This document shows, piece by piece, positions 11,818-25,283 of a stretch of 50,654 bases of DNA. The stretch lies in contig NC_057719.1 in assembly GCF_004010195.1 (NCBI RefSeq), forward strand, positions 10,141,529 to 10,192,182. Direction: 5' to 3'. The notes under the pieces were generated by a model. That model was not told the origin of the DNA and did not search any database. It saw nothing but the letters and a program-made list of their open reading frames with translations. Position 1 is the stretch's first letter, and every line of letters begins with the position of its first letter. This DNA comes from Chiloscyllium plagiosum. Lineage: Eukaryota. The translations under genes were made by a program, and so were the position numbers.

Positions 11818-12697
11818 GATTAGGGATAGTCAACATGCTCTTGTGCATTGAAAATCATGTCTCACTAACTTGATTGAGTTTTTTGCAGAAGTAACACAAA
11901 GGATTGATGAGGGTATAGCGGTAGACATGATCTATATGGACCTCAGTAAGGCGTTTGACAAGCTTCCTCATGGTAGACTGGTGAGCAAGGTTAGATCACA
12001 TAGAATATAGGGAGAACTAACCAATTGGATACAAAAGGTGGTGGTGGAGGGTTGCTTTTCAGGCTGGAGGCCTGTGACCAGTGGAATGCCACAAGGATCA
12101 GTGCTGGGTCCACTACTTTTCGTCATTTAGAGAAATGATTTGGATGTGAACATAGGAGGTATACTTAGTAAATTTGCAGATGACACCAAAATTGGAGGTG
12201 TTTATTGGACAGTGAAGAAAGTTACCTCAGAGTACAATGGCGTCTTGATCAGATGGGCCAATGGGCTGAGGAGTGGCAAATGGAGTTTAATTTAGATAAA
12301 TGTGAGGCGTTGCATTTTGGAAAGGCAAATCAGGGCAGGACTTATACACTTAATGATAAGATCCTGAGGAGTGTTGCTGAACAAAGGGACCTTGGAGTGC
12401 AGGTTCATAACTCCTTTAAAGTGGAGTCACAGGTAGTTAGAATAGTGAAGAAGGCATTTGGTAGGGGACAAGTTTTTCATGCAAAAGTTGGTGCATCTAT
12501 GGAATGAGTTGCTGGGGAAGTGGTGGAGGCTGATACAATGACAACATTTAAAAGGCATCTGGATGGGGATATGAATTGGGGATATGGGCCAAGTGCTGGC
12601 AAATGGAACTAGATTAGGGAAGAATATCTGATCGGCATGGACAAATTAGGCTGAAGGGACTGTTTCCTTGCTGTCCATCTCAATGACTGTATGACCT
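11818..12697 (+). mobile_element. CR1/HER1 LINE RT fragment with internal deletion
   Basis: [44 protein letters not shown]; jumps to the 3' end near 12462. Confidence 0.9.
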
Positions 12698-13029
12698 CCT
12701 GAGTTTCTCCAACACTTGCTGTTTTTAATCCATTCCAGCACTTCATGATCAAGGGAGGTGGGTTAATAACACAGCCAAACATTACATGAGAGTGAAAGGA
12801 AATTGGAGCCTCTGCCAACACTATCCTTAGCTTCAGACTACAACAAACATGTATGGGAGCATTTTGCCATGGCAACTCAGATGCCTTTCAGAGAGGGTGG
12901 TGTTTTGATATTGGTTGGATGGTCTAACTGTGTAGGCATCACAGTTTTCAGGCAGAGAGCTCAGGAAGACAAACAGTCATCCCTTGAAATCTTGCAAAAC
13001 CTGGTCATGTTCAAGTCTTGTCACTCAAT

Positions 13030-13440
13030 GCTGGTCAATATTGCCCTCTCGGTCCTGAAATGTCCCAGTTTAAAATTCCAATCTTTTACTGTCCAAATGA
13101 TTTCATGGTTTTATCCAACCTACATCTCTGTCACCTCCTCCAGCCCCACAGACATCTGAAATCTTAATGTATCTCCGTTTCTGGCCACTCGCTCCTCTCT
13201 CACTTCCAGTGCTCCATCGTTGATCACCGTGTCTTCAGCTGTCTCGACCCAAGCTCTAGAATTTGCTTTCTTAACATCTCTACCTCTTCCTCTTCCATTA
13301 GGCCATTCTTTAAAACTTACCCATTTGATCAAATGTTTCGATAGCTCCTTATGTGGTTGAAAATCAAACATTGTTTGATAGTGCTTCTCTGATGCACCTT
13401 AAATCATTTGATACATTAAATGCATCATATAAATGCCAAT
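13030..13440 (+). mobile_element. L2-type LINE 3' end
   Basis: Degenerate FKI..HGL.P.YL..LLQP..FS..P.LWN pattern and tataaatgc tail. Confidence 0.6.
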
Positions 13441-14414
13441 TAATATTCTCCAAAGCAAACCATCAGGGAAGTCGCAATTAAAAATGTTGTTAATTAATTC
13501 TCCCATTAACACTAAAGCTTATGTATATGTCCATTACTCATGAAGGGCAATACTTTACAAAACGTATACATTGCCAATTGAAATGTTAACAACAAGAATT
13601 TTTGCAATATGCAAATCACAAAATGTTGCTGCAAAACATGTGACTTCAATATATGTATGACTCAGTCAATCCTGTGCTTCTTCAAGTCAGCTGGTATACC
13701 ATTAATCATGAGGTGTTACCGTGACCTGCTTTAAGATTGCTCCATTAAGATGTTAAATATAGAGAGTACTTTCAATGTAAAGTACTCCCCGCCATCTGGT
13801 TCTGAAAGAATACAGTGCACAGTGGCATCCATCTGATGCTGAATATTTCAATGCTGGATGCCTTTTCATGACTTCCACCCAGAACAAAGCAGGATTCCAA
13901 TCACAGTTGGATCCAACAAAGCTGTTCACTAATCGCACTTGCAGCTGAAATCGGCTCTGACAAAAGTTACAGACTCAAATGGCTCGTTTCCAAAATCTGC
14001 AAGAGGGGGATTAAAATTATAAATATCCCTTACTTTACAAGAAGAACTGAAACAACTCTCACACCCTAATTAGATAGAGGGATTTACTTGCTTTGAAAGT
14101 ATTCCCATATGCTCTTACCTTAAATATAACTGATTTTTTTTACCTTGGCTACAATACTAGGCATAACTTACATTAGCTGCCAACATATTTTGTCTACTGC
14201 CACCATATGGGCCATTTGTCTCCAGTTAAAGCCGAGCTTATAATTTTAAAATGGATACACTGTAAAATTTGATGCACTTTCATTTTAAGTGAAACTACAT
14301 TTTTTCAGAAGTGCCACTGTTGACATTTGCATATACTCTTCTACAAACCACAATAGCACTATACTTACAGGAACTGGCAGCGTCCGAGTGAGAGTAATTT
14401 ATCCCGATTCTTAA

Positions 14415-14775
14415 CTCTGAGGGCAGCAGTCACCCCCAGTGCAGTACTGAGGGATCAAAATTACTATCACAATGACCATCTTTATGTGTCAGAGATTAAA
14501 CAGGAACACTCAACAGTAAAAGATCTATGACAGCAATTTAAAGAAGACCAGGAGGACTATCACTTATATTCTTGTTAATATTATTCCCACAATCAATATC
14601 ACCATAGTGGATGACCTACACATTATTGTGTTGCTGGCTGTGGGGAGTTTACTGTGTGTAAATTGGCTGTTGTTTTTCCAACACTGCAGTCAGTGCAATA
14701 TTTTAATAAGCATTTCATTGGCTGTTAAGTGTTTTGAGCATGTTAACATTGTGAAAAGTAATATGTAAATGCATT
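14415..14775 (+). mobile_element. DeuSINE (SacSINE1/AmnSINE-like)
   Basis: Deu-domain-like taaaagatc.atg.ca..tt.aagaaga.cagg...aaattggctg...cattggctgt...taaatgca. Confidence 0.7.
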
Positions 14776-15826
14776 CCCTACTTTAAAAAATCATTATTAG
14801 TTCTTCGAGAAGTACACGTGCAACAAAAATGGCTCCAAATAAAATTGTTGTCAAGGATACCACCATCAAAGTTCTTTTTGTAAGTGTCGAAGGCGAAAGA
14901 ATGAAAAGATTTTTTTTTTATCACATTTTTCATCACCATGTTTATGCTAGCTTCGTAAGATGTGCCATGCAAAAATCCTTCCCGAATCTTCCCTACCTCT
15001 TCAATCTAATTCCCGTTCATGTTCCCAATGCACACCCTTCAGCTTCACAATTTCAGCCCACTGTGAATGCCCCTGCATCATCAATGGGAGATCCTACATC
15101 AACACTGAGAAACTCATATTCCAAACCATTCCATCTCCCAAGACCTCTGGCCAAGCTCAAAAAACACAGAAACAGGCCAATCCCTTTAACCTCAACTACT
15201 TCAATCACCTTTTTAACTCTTCTGGTCCTGCTGTTGTCCATTTCCCCAATCCATGAATTTGCTTTGCACTCTCTGGGATTCACAACTGTTAAACTATGCC
15301 ATAGAGCAAATTATTACGGTAAACTCAACCAAAGGATTCCCACCTCCATAAATGAACAAGTGAAATTGCTGGAGAAACTCAGCAGCTCTGGAGAGAGAAA
15401 CCCAGTTAATGTTTTGAGTCTGGTATAACTCTTCCTCAGAATTTTAGAAACTCTTCACAAAGAGAGGCATGAGAATCCTCATCAGAACATAGCAGAATCA
15501 TCTCAACAGCTAACCCACACACAGAAGATTAGAGAGGTTTCCCTGTGAAGGCTCCAATATGCTACCTCCCTGGGTATCCCAGATGAACACAGACCCTCGA
15601 GCTGTGCAGAAAAAGGGCTGGAGAGACTCTGAGTGCAGGAGATCTGCTGACAAACTGAGGCATTGGCATCAGAGATATGCCCCTTCACTGGCTCACAAAA
15701 TAAAAAGGGACATAAATAAAACTCTCCCCTGCCTGATAATGATGCAGGCAGTGCCTGGGTTGGGAATGGGTTCCATTCTTGAATCCTCTCGCAAGTCAAT
15801 TTGTACGAATGTCAGAACACAATGCA

Positions 15827-16058
15827 GAGTGGAAAAGTGTGGCACTGGAAAAGCACAGCAGGTCAGGCAGCCTCTGAGGAGCAGGAGAGTTGACGTTTTG
15901 GGCATAAGCCCTTCACCAGGAAGGTCTTCATTCTGATGAAGGGCTTTTGCCCAAAATGTCGATTTTCCTGCTCCTCAGATGCTGCCCGACACGCTGAGCT
16001 TTTCCAAGGCCACACTTTTCCATTCTGACTCTCCAGCATCTGCAGTCCTCACTTTCTC
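15827..16058. mobile_element. PLE-derived inverted-pair element
   Basis: Head-to-head arms with decayed hammerhead cores; perfect 15-bp TSD tcagaacacaatgca at 15812-15826 and 16059-16073. Confidence 0.85.
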
Positions 16059-16677
16059 TCAGAACACAATGCAAGACAATATAAAGGAGCTGTTCCTAAG
16101 TATTTAGGAAATGTTCAATGTAGGATCTTTAAAATTACAGTCCTGTATGAGATTGCATTTGTAACTCAGACAATCATAAATTATATGATAAATAAGACCC
16201 TTGTAGACAGAGTGGATCTGCACTTGATGTAGACACAGCTACATTTGCTGGGGCGGACCTTGGAAATACTGTGTAGTCCAATAAGAGGAGAAACCTGACA
16301 TCACCCTTTGCAAAGGTCTTTACCTGTTTTGTCACTGTTCGGAGGAAGACAAATTCACAGGCATGAGTCACAGGAGCATTCTCCCCTTGTGAAGGAAATA
16401 CTGACTTCTCATCACTGGCTGCCTGATTTTGTCAGACATAAATGGAGGCCCCATCCAAACATGTTTATGAAGCCAATACATTGCTGAGTTTTGGCTGTTG
16501 CTTGTGAGAGTTGCACTTGTTTCTCCCATCCCCAGGTACGCTCAAGATTGTGCCAGTTGATGTAAGTGCACTGAAACCAGGTGTGCACATCATCACGGGT
16601 TAGGTTTGCTGACACCACCTGCTCTACATTCAGGGATCTCCAGGGTCTGCTTGGTCTAGTACAGCAAACAAAGACCT

Positions 16678-16800
16678 GATTCCTGATGAAGGGCTCTGGC
16701 CCCAAACGTCAATTCTCCTGCTCCTTGGATGCTGTCTGACTGACTGTGTTTTTCCAGCAGCACACTCTCAACTCTGATCTCCAGCATCTGCAGACCTCCC
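16678..16800 (+). mobile_element. PLE terminal fragment with hammerhead-like motif
   Basis: attcctgatgaagggctctggccccaaacgtc; imperfect ~12-bp flanking repeat (acaaa.acct). Confidence 0.75.
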
Positions 16801-17869
16801 AGACAAAAACCTCTCCCTGGTCTAACTGGAACATGCTTTTATATTGAACAAGAAGCATTTTGGCAACTGATTTGCGACTAGTTCCAGGTTACATTGGTGA
16901 GACAGGTATTGTTAAGGAAACTATAAAGACGGAAGGGTCGCTGTATCTCCCCACAAGGTATCAACATGGTGGGCATTACGGATGTCTCTCCTCGGTATTA
17001 ACCCTTTTAAGCCCATACAAAAACAATAATGTGTCTACTTCGGAAACACATGTGGTGAAGGGGCTCCCACGGTGCAGTCAGATCAGAATCTTGTGGGCCA
17101 CAGTCCGACAGCAATTAATGAGAGCATAAACACACCAGGTTCTAGTCAATGGCAGCTGGATCGTGCTGGATAGTTATTCATGTTAAATCTGGGACAGATA
17201 CATTTTTTTTATTAAGTAAAGGTGTTAAGGGATATGGACCAAAGTCAGGTAAATGGAGTTGGGTCACATGTCAGCCATGATCTCGTTAAATGGCAGAACA
17301 GGCTGAATGGTCTATCCCTGCTCCTAACTTCCTGTATCGCATCTAAATGTAAACCTATCTTTCTCCACCAGGTGGCAACTGGCATATTATGCATTTCCAG
17401 AATGTTCTGCTTTAATTTAGTACATGCAAACCTGGCAAATGTGGTCTAATGCAAATTCTTTGTCTATAAGAGTTGATGACAGCTGAAGCTCTGAATCTTA
17501 TGAATCATCAATAGGCATTGCACTGAGGGAGGCTGATAGTGATAACATTGGCCTTCTGCTTCAAAACTACATTGCAACTTCAGTATTGCACAAATCCACC
17601 AAATCCGCGGATCAGAAGAAATCAGAGTTAAGTCTCAGTTGAGGAAACAACATTACTTCACTAGAAAAACCCCAATCCGATTAACTGGAATTCAACTTTG
17701 CTATTACACTGACCCATTCTGAAGACACTTAGGACATCAGCAGTGGCTTCTGGTCAATGTATTAACTGGAGAAAGTAACCATATTCACAGCAAGCTCTTT
17801 CTTTCCCCTAACTGTACACTAAATAAACACTGATATCTCAGATTTCTGTTGAAAACCTCACTGACAAAC

Positions 17870-18270
17870 AGGGTGGGACTTTGTTCACTGAGAGGTGACC
17901 TTATGGAGGTTTATCAAATCATGAAGGTACAGATGGAATTAATGAAAAGTGCCTATTCCTTGGGATGGGGGATTTCAAGACCAGGGGTATATTTTTAAGG
18001 TGAGAAGAGAGAGATTTAAAAAAGACACGAGGGGCAATTTTTTTTTTTACGCAGAGAAGTTGGTTGGTGTGTGAATGAACTTCCTTAGAAAGTGATGGAT
18101 GTGGACTCAGTTATGATGTTTAAAATACACTTAGATAAGTACATAAATAAGAAATGTTTGGAGGAATAATGGCCAGGAGCAGGCAAGTGAGACTGGTTTA
18201 GTTTGGGAACACGGCTAGCATGGACTGGTTGGACCGAAGGGTCTGTTTCCGTACTGTACGACTCTATGTA
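17870..18270 (+). mobile_element. CR1/HER1 LINE 3' end
   Basis: gaggtgaccttat.gaggtttat..; ggttggaccgaagggtctgtttcc; actctatg tail. Confidence 0.8.
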
Positions 18271-19409
18271 TTCCGACAGTCACTGAATGATATAGAGCTT
18301 GTTTCTTGCTCAGGAGAAAGACATGATGCTGAAAATTTTCCTGCTGCACTGATCAGGACAAATGCAAGAATGCCAAATTTCAAACAATCCCAATTTACAC
18401 TACAGGAAAGAAGAGTTCCTGATAGATAGCCAAGTCATTTCTTGGTGGATCGAGGCTTTTCCACAGAGAAAATAACAAGAAATAGTTTCAAGTATTCATT
18501 CATCAGCATTAGGAGCACAGGCATCGGAGGAAGAGGCCATTCAGCCCTCAAACCTGTTCTGTTATTGGAATTAAATCATGACCGATCTGTGTTTTAACAC
18601 CATTTACACACCCAATTCCATTATCTTTAAGATACACTCAACTAACCAAAGTCTATAAATCAAGTCTTCAAAAGCTTGAGAAAAAAAGCAAAAACAGAAA
18701 TTGCTGGCCAAACTCTGCTGGTCTAGCAGCATCAGTGAGAAACATCCCTCGAAAGCCACTCAGTTCAAGGGAATTAGGGACGGGCAATAAATGTTGGCCT
18801 CACCATGACACCCATATCCCATGGAAGAACGAGAAAAATAACCAAATTTTGTCTTGAAAATCATGACTGAATCTGCCTCCATTGCACACTCAGGAACCCA
18901 ATGAGACAATTGTGAATGACTGTTGAAACAATGTTAGAGATCTCAAAAAATTATTCAGAATGACTTGAGATTTGTGTAGGGGCTTGGCTTTACACTTATG
19001 AAGCAGACCCTCAAAATACATTAAGGAATTGAGAATGAAAATGTCTTTTCCCCGACAGAGATGAGAACGTGTCATTCGCTCCCACATGGAACGATGGATG
19101 TGATTGATATGGCAGTATATAAATGTCAGTTAGCGGAACAATGAGAAAGAAAAGAAAGAGTATTGATGGAGTGAGATAAATTTTAAAATGGGAGAAGGTT
19201 AACATGGAGCATTAATACAAACTTACTTTAAATTCTATGAATCTGGTTCAAAACTCCCTTCCTTGGTCTTCTATCTATTGGAAGATGGTTTCTGACTGCT
19301 TTATTTAACAGTTCATTGTTATCTCTGGATCACTTCACGCCATCACTTCTCATTGTTATGTCCTCCAATTGTTTAATTGTAATTTATTTTGCAAATATGA
19401 GGCAGGGGT

Positions 19410-19680
19410 CACAGCCTGAGAATATGGCATAGGCCATTCGGGACTGAGAGGAGGAGAAATATCTTTACCCAGGAGCCTGTAGAACACTTGGCTACAGAAA
19501 GCCAAAACATTGAATGTTTTCAAGAAAGCGTTAAATATAGTTCTTAGAGGTGAAGGGATCAAAGAGTATGGGGAGCAAGTGGGGAACAGGGGACTGATCT
19601 GGATGATCAGCCACTATCATAACTGAAGTGTGGAGCAGGCTCGAAGGGCCGAATGGCCCACTCCTGCTCCTGATTTCCTG
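19410..19680 (+). mobile_element. CR1-like LINE 3' end
   Basis: gagcaggctcgaagggccgaatggcc.actcctgctcct terminal hairpin motif. Confidence 0.65.
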
Positions 19681-20559
19681 GTTGGAATTGTAATATTGAA
19701 ATCCACATGCTAAAGAGAAACAGTTGAATGGTGCTTGGATTCTGTGCACTCTGGGTACAAGACTGACATAACTCGTCAAAAATAAAATACAAGAAAAATG
19801 ATTTGTGTTTACCTCTGATGAATTTCCCTAGCTCCACTACCCCAATCAAATACTGCAATTTCAGAGCTGTGCAATGACTACACCACACATTCAACCCATT
19901 CCATCGTGTGGTATATTTCTGTATCTCACAAACATAGATGAAGCAATTCCCTCAAATAGAAATTAGCTGGAGAAAAATGGAATATTAGAGAAGCAATTTT
20001 CTTTTGAAACAAAATTGACCCTTACAAAATTGGAAAAAGCTAGTGCAGATATCCATCTAGACTCAAGTTATCTCTACAAAAGCTTAGTTGAGCATCTTCC
20101 ATCTGCTGTGTTATCAGAAGCCACAGGAAGGTCATTAGAATGCTGCACAGCACACTGTTAGGTGGCGTATACACTGAACAATAATAAATCTTCCTAAACT
20201 ATATGATATAGTTGACGTTGTGGATGTTTCCAGTCGGTTACAGGTATATGTCAGCGAGAGGCAATGATTAGGCATGGTGGGGGGATGCCTGCAAGCATGT
20301 CAGATCTCTTTCACGACAAAATACTCTCTGCAGAGATGCATATTCCAAGGTCCACAGCAGGCTCTCTATGAAATTCGTCGGTGCTGTTCCCTTCAAGCAC
20401 CTGGGAGTATAGAAAAAGAAAATGTTGTTGGTCCAAATACTTGCCAACACTGGTGAGGGATGGCGAGGTAGAGGGCTAAGGCATGGCAGGGAAGAATCTT
20501 TGAGAAAATAGTGAGGGATAAAGTAAACTTCACAAGGGGCATTTTAAAACATGGCATCA

Positions 20560-20920
20560 TGGGATTTGGGTGCCATTAAAATGGCCAGGATTTGTTGCCT
20601 AATCATTATTGCTAAAAATACATAATTGACTTGGCCACTTCTAACAGCAGTCAAAGTCAACTGTATTATGTTGGGATCTGGAGTCACAGACTGGGCAAGG
20701 ACAGCAGATTTCCACCCCTAAAAGCATTCAATACATTTTCATGACAATCCACAATTGTTGCATGCTCATCATTTGATTTTGTTTGAAGCACAGCTTTTGT
20801 TGAGTTCAACTTCACTTCTGACAAGGGATGGATTTGAACCCATGCACCCTTCCCCACCTCCCAGAATATTAGTCTGAAGCTCTCAATTATTAGCCCAGTG
20901 ATGATAACACTGCTGTCCAA
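20560..20920 (-). mobile_element. tRNA-derived SINE (second family)
   Basis: ctggagtcaca..ggg.aagga.agcagattt core; B-box-like gggttcaaatcc on the minus strand; homologous to 49410-49750. Confidence 0.6.
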
Positions 20921-21074
20921 GTAATTAGGAAATACTGGACCAAACGTGGTTCCCCTCAAACCAAAGAAAGCTCAGGAACATGATGCTGGGGAGCTTGCAA
21001 AATTTTGAAGGTCCTGGTTAAGAATAAACAGGGAGGAATGATTTCCACTGCTTGAGGGTCACAGACGAGAATGC

Positions 21075-21325
21075 AGAGTCATAGGGTCATAGAGATATAC
21101 AGCATGGAAACAGACTCTTCGGTCCAACTCATCTATGCCAGATATCCCAATCCAATCTAGTCCCACTTTCCAGCACCTGGCCCATATCCCTCCAAACCCT
21201 TTTTAAACGTTGCAATTGTACCAGCCTCCACCACTTCCACTGGGAGTTCATTCCATACACGCACCACCCTCTGCGTGAAAAAGTTGTCACTTAGGTCTCT
21301 TTTACATCTTTCCCCCCTCACCCTA
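21075..21325 (-). mobile_element. CR1/HER1 3' fragment nested in an older CR1 remnant (about 20990-21530)
   Basis: agagtcatag tail and cttcggtccaac on the plus strand; flanks read as a plus-strand older CR1 tail. Confidence 0.7.
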
Positions 21326-21590
21326 ATTGAGAAAAAAATTCCAGGACTACCTTAGGCAATCATAAAGATGTGGAACATATCGCCCCAGTAATGATACAAG
21401 CAGCTCAAAGGCCATTTTCAAACTGGAACTGGATACATATTTTAAGGGATTTGAGTGGATTAGTTGGAGAACTCTTTTCAAAGATCCAGCACTGATATGA
21501 TGGGCTGAATGGCCTCCTCTTGTGCTGAGTAAATCAGTGAAAACTGTGAATGCCGAAAGGCTGTAAAGAGACCAGTACAATACTGTCAAA

Positions 21591-21724
21591 TACTACTCTA
21601 GCTTATCTCTCCACGCTTCAGGCTCTCTGCCTTTATTCCTGATGAAGGGCTTTTGCCCGAAACGTCAATTTTGCTGCTCCTCGGATGCTGCCTGAACTGC
21701 TGTGCTCTTCCAGCACCACTAATC
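21591..21724 (+). mobile_element. Short PLE-derived insertion carrying a minimal hammerhead ribozyme
   Basis: Perfect 13-bp TSD caatactgtcaaa at 21578-21590 and 21725-21737; nearly identical to the reverse complement of 50421-50550. Confidence 0.85.
21635..21670 (+). ncRNA. Minimal type I hammerhead ribozyme motif
   Basis: CTGATGA (21639-45), stem II GGGC-TTTT-GCCC, GAAAC-GTC with palindromic ACGT; stem I weak. Confidence 0.7.
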
Positions 21725-21829
21725 CAATACTGTCAAAGCAGAGCAGGTCAACTGGCATTCAAAGGTGAACACCATCTCATGTTCTGGACAACAAGATATC
21801 CTGCTTAAGATATCAATACACCCAGATGC

Positions 21830-22140
21830 ATGGAGTCATAGAGATGTACGGCACAGAAACAAACCCTTCTGTCCAACTTGTCCATGTCGACCAGATATCC
21901 AACGTTAATTCATCTCATTTAACTGGAATTTGGCCCATCCTCTTCATGCACCCATCCAGATGTCTTTTAAATGTTGTAATTGTATCAGCTTCTACCATTT
22001 CCTCTGGCAACTCATTCCAAACATGCATCACCCACTGTGTGAAAAAGTTGCCCCTCAGGTCCCTTTTACATCCTTCTGCTCTCACCTCAAACCTGTGCCC
22101 TCTAGTTCTGGATTCCCCAAGCCTGGTAAAAAGACCTTGA
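21830..22140 (-). mobile_element. CR1/HER1 LINE 3' end
   Basis: ORF 21915-22232: ESRTRGHRF..RGNFFTQ..WNELPEE..FKRHLD. Confidence 0.85.
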
Positions 22141-23705
22141 TTATTCTGTTTCTTTCTTTCAGATGTTAATGAACGTGCCTGCAAAATTAACCTAATTTCC
22201 GGAAATATCACGCGACTCGGGGTCATTGCCAAGTGATCAGGAGGTCAGGACGGGGTGAATAGGCTTCTGTTATTTTCTCTTGAAAAGAGTAGGTTGGGGG
22301 GGTGGCTTGATCTTGAAGGTCATGAAGGGTGATAGCTGCTACTTGGTCTCCTTATAGAGCAGGAGCTGTGCCCAGGAGATCTTCCCATTTTTGGGAGAGA
22401 CTAAACCGAGGGCTATAATACAGAGTTGTCACTGAGAAGGACTTCAGGAGAAGCTTCTTTTCCCAATGAATTATTAGAAGGTGGCACTGAGAAAGAACAG
22501 CCATGGCGAGTAGCATTTTCGGGGGAGCTTTATAAATACATACAGGAGAAAGTAATAAGTGGCTCCTTGCATAGTTTTGTGTAAAGGGGTGAAAAGAAAC
22601 ACATGTGGTCTATAAATAATAGCATGGATCAAATGGACTGATGGACCTGCTCCTGTCTTATCATTTCAATAGCGAGTCAGGGCCACAAACTAATGTAAGT
22701 ACCTGTTCAATTTACATGTGTACATTCCTGAAGTAGCTACAGCTAATACTCTTGGTTTTTTTGAAATAGATCAATAGGCCATTCCAAAGCCTCAGGACAA
22801 ATTTAAATAAGTTCGAGTGGAAAATCTCTGGCCTACGGTTTCCACTTGATCTCTGTGCAAGATGGGCAACATCCACTGAAATAGTACAAACCATCGCCAA
22901 GATCAAAATGTAAATGAGTTATGCCTGTAATCTCGCACGCACAAAGATGTTTCCACATTCAAGATACTGCTTCAAAGGACAAATTCACCCAAAGGCGTCA
23001 CTGTCCACAAATCTCATCACCAGCTCAAAATGGTGTGCTGCTGATGATAGTACTGCGCTTCATCAAATTGTAAACAGACATCAACAGCCATGGGATTTCT
23101 GTCTTCCTGCAGTGATGTGCTGCTGGAATGCATTAGAGTGTCTCCAAAAGCTAAATTCCTTTTTGCATTCAGATTTTAAAAACAGGTAAACATGTGTGTA
23201 TCTGGTCTGTGATCACGGCTTAGAAGCAAACCAAAACATCACAATGGATAATCTTGAGAACTGTCCATTCTTTCAGCCAGTGGTTGTCAATGGAGAAAGA
23301 AAGGGAAGCTCAAGGTTCCACATAAGTTCACACAACACTGGGGAGGCCACTGAGTAACAATTTCAAAGAGCCATTTAGTGAGATCCTTTTTAGCAACCCC
23401 TACATTGCAAACGGTTCTTCTGCCAATCAGCTTCAATCTGTGCCTCTCCAGTTATCGATCCAGACAGTTTATCCTTCCTTGCTTGATCTCAGCCCTTCAT
23501 TATTTCAAGTGTTTTTCTCCAACATCATTACACCCTTTAGCTACTTGAAGGTTCCTGTTCCTGAATGCGTAAATTAGGAGGTGAGAGACAACCTGCTATG
23601 CCAGAGTTTGAAGGTTAACTCCACTGTCCTTCTAAATTATTGCTTATTTTAGTTCCTTCCTTCAAGCATTCAAACTTGAACTCCTGTAATTCATTCAGAA
23701 CCAGA

Positions 23706-24310
23706 CATAGAGTCATAGAGTCATACATCACAGAAACTAGTCCATGCCAACTAAGTTCCCAAATTAAACTTGTCCCACCTGCCTGCTCCTGGCCCAAATC
23801 CCTCCAAACCTTTCCTATTCATGTATGTATCCATTTGATTTTTAATATCGTAACCGTGTCTGCATCCACCATTTCCTCTCACAGTTCATTCCACACATGA
23901 ACCACTCTCTGTGTAAAAAAGGTTGCTTCTCATGTTCTTTTTAGATCTTTCTCCTCTCACCTTCATAATTTGCCCCCTAGTCTTGAAATACCCCACCTTA
24001 GGGAAAAGACACCTGCCATTCACCTTGCCAATGCCTCTCATGATTTTATAAACCTCAATAACGTCATCCCTCAACCTCCTACATTCCAGTGAAAAAAGTC
24101 CCAGCCTTTCCAGTCTATTTTTATATCTGAAAGCTTTCATATCCTGTCAATGCTCTGGTAAATCATTTCCGAAACCTCTCCAACATAATAACAGGGCAAC
24201 CAGAACTGTTCCTATAACAGGGCAACCAGAACTGGACGCAGTACTCCAGAAGAGGCCTCACCAATATCCTGTACAACCTTAACATGACATTCCAACTCCT
24301 TAACATAACA
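23706..24310 (-). mobile_element. CR1/HER1 LINE 3' fragment
   Basis: LYRILVRPLLEYCVQFW, RLERLGLFSLE.RRLR; (catagagt)n tail; small internal duplication at about 24188-24233. Confidence 0.85.
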
Positions 24311-24703
24311 TTCATTTCAAGACTCGAGCCAACACTTCTTACACCCTTACCTTTTTGAAAATTCACCTTTTAAGGATGGTGTATGTCTGTACTGGCAGAA
24401 AACGTTTCGCTCAGGGAACTGGATAAATACTAGGAGGAAAGGAGAATGCAGGGGTACTGTGCGGAATTGCTGGAAGGGATCTTACTGGAATGCTCTGTGA
24501 AATGTGGTCCTTAAGAAAGGGTGGAAGAAAGGAGTGATTAAGAAATAGTGACTGAGGCTAGAAACACAGAAACATAGATCCTTCGACAATGACCTTTGGT
24601 TCTGGACTCCCTTGTCATCAGGAACATTTTTCCCACATTCATCCTGCAGTGCCCTGTTAGAAATTTACAGGTTGCTGTGGTGTAGATGGATTCTTCATTA
24701 GTG

Positions 24704-24990
24704 CAACAGTTTCTTCCCCCAAGCCATCAGGCTCCTTAACACTGTACGATCGGACTCTTTTTCATTTGAAATTCTTTGCACAACGTCGAGTTGGTGCTAG
24801 AACAATGTATATTATTCTTTATTACACTGTAATTTGAGTATTTTGCACTTCTTATGCACTTTATGCTGCCCTTGGCATGATCATGTAGTTTGCGCTGTCC
24901 ATGTAGCTACCTTGGTCCTGGAGGAACGCTGTCCTTTTTTTAACTCTACCAGTTGTATATGGTAGAAATGACAAATAAAAGCTACTCTAA
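24704..24990 (+). mobile_element. Rex1/Babar-type LINE 3' end
   Basis: aacagtttcttcccccaagccatcaggctccttaac = NSFFPQAIRLLN, typical Rex1 C-terminus; ends gacaaataaaagctactcta. Confidence 0.65.
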
Positions 24991-25129
24991 GGGTTACTGG
25001 GAGAAGGCATGAGAAACATATTGGAAAATTAATGGGCAAAATGGTCTAATCCTGTTCCTGTATCTTATAGAGATTCCACCTCATTTTTCTAACCTTCAAT
25101 TAATATAGCCCTAAATGATCCAGTTAGAT

Positions 25130-25275
25130 AATGAGAACTCTTAAACAGCATCAAAAGACAAATGGAGTTCTCTGGGCATGTGATCCGTGAAGAAGGATTG
25201 ATGTACCTAATCACTCCAAAGAGTAATGAATGGAGAGCAAGGGGCTGACACTGAAGAAAGTAGAGATACAGGATT
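25130..25275 (+). mobile_element. RTE-type LINE 3' remnant
   Basis: KRQMEFSGHVIREEGL...RARG resembles the RTE C-terminal GHV.R...GKRxRGR motif. Confidence 0.45.
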
Positions 25276-25283
25276 AAAGACTA

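Noticed and set aside
14829..15428. 199-aa ORF
   Set aside because: No recognisable motif, low-complexity composition, and the end runs into a PLE-derived repeat at about 15350; likely chance.
23113..23185. Plus-strand exon between cctgcag and gtaaac
   Set aside because: Weak donor, unrecognised peptide, no supporting neighbouring exons.
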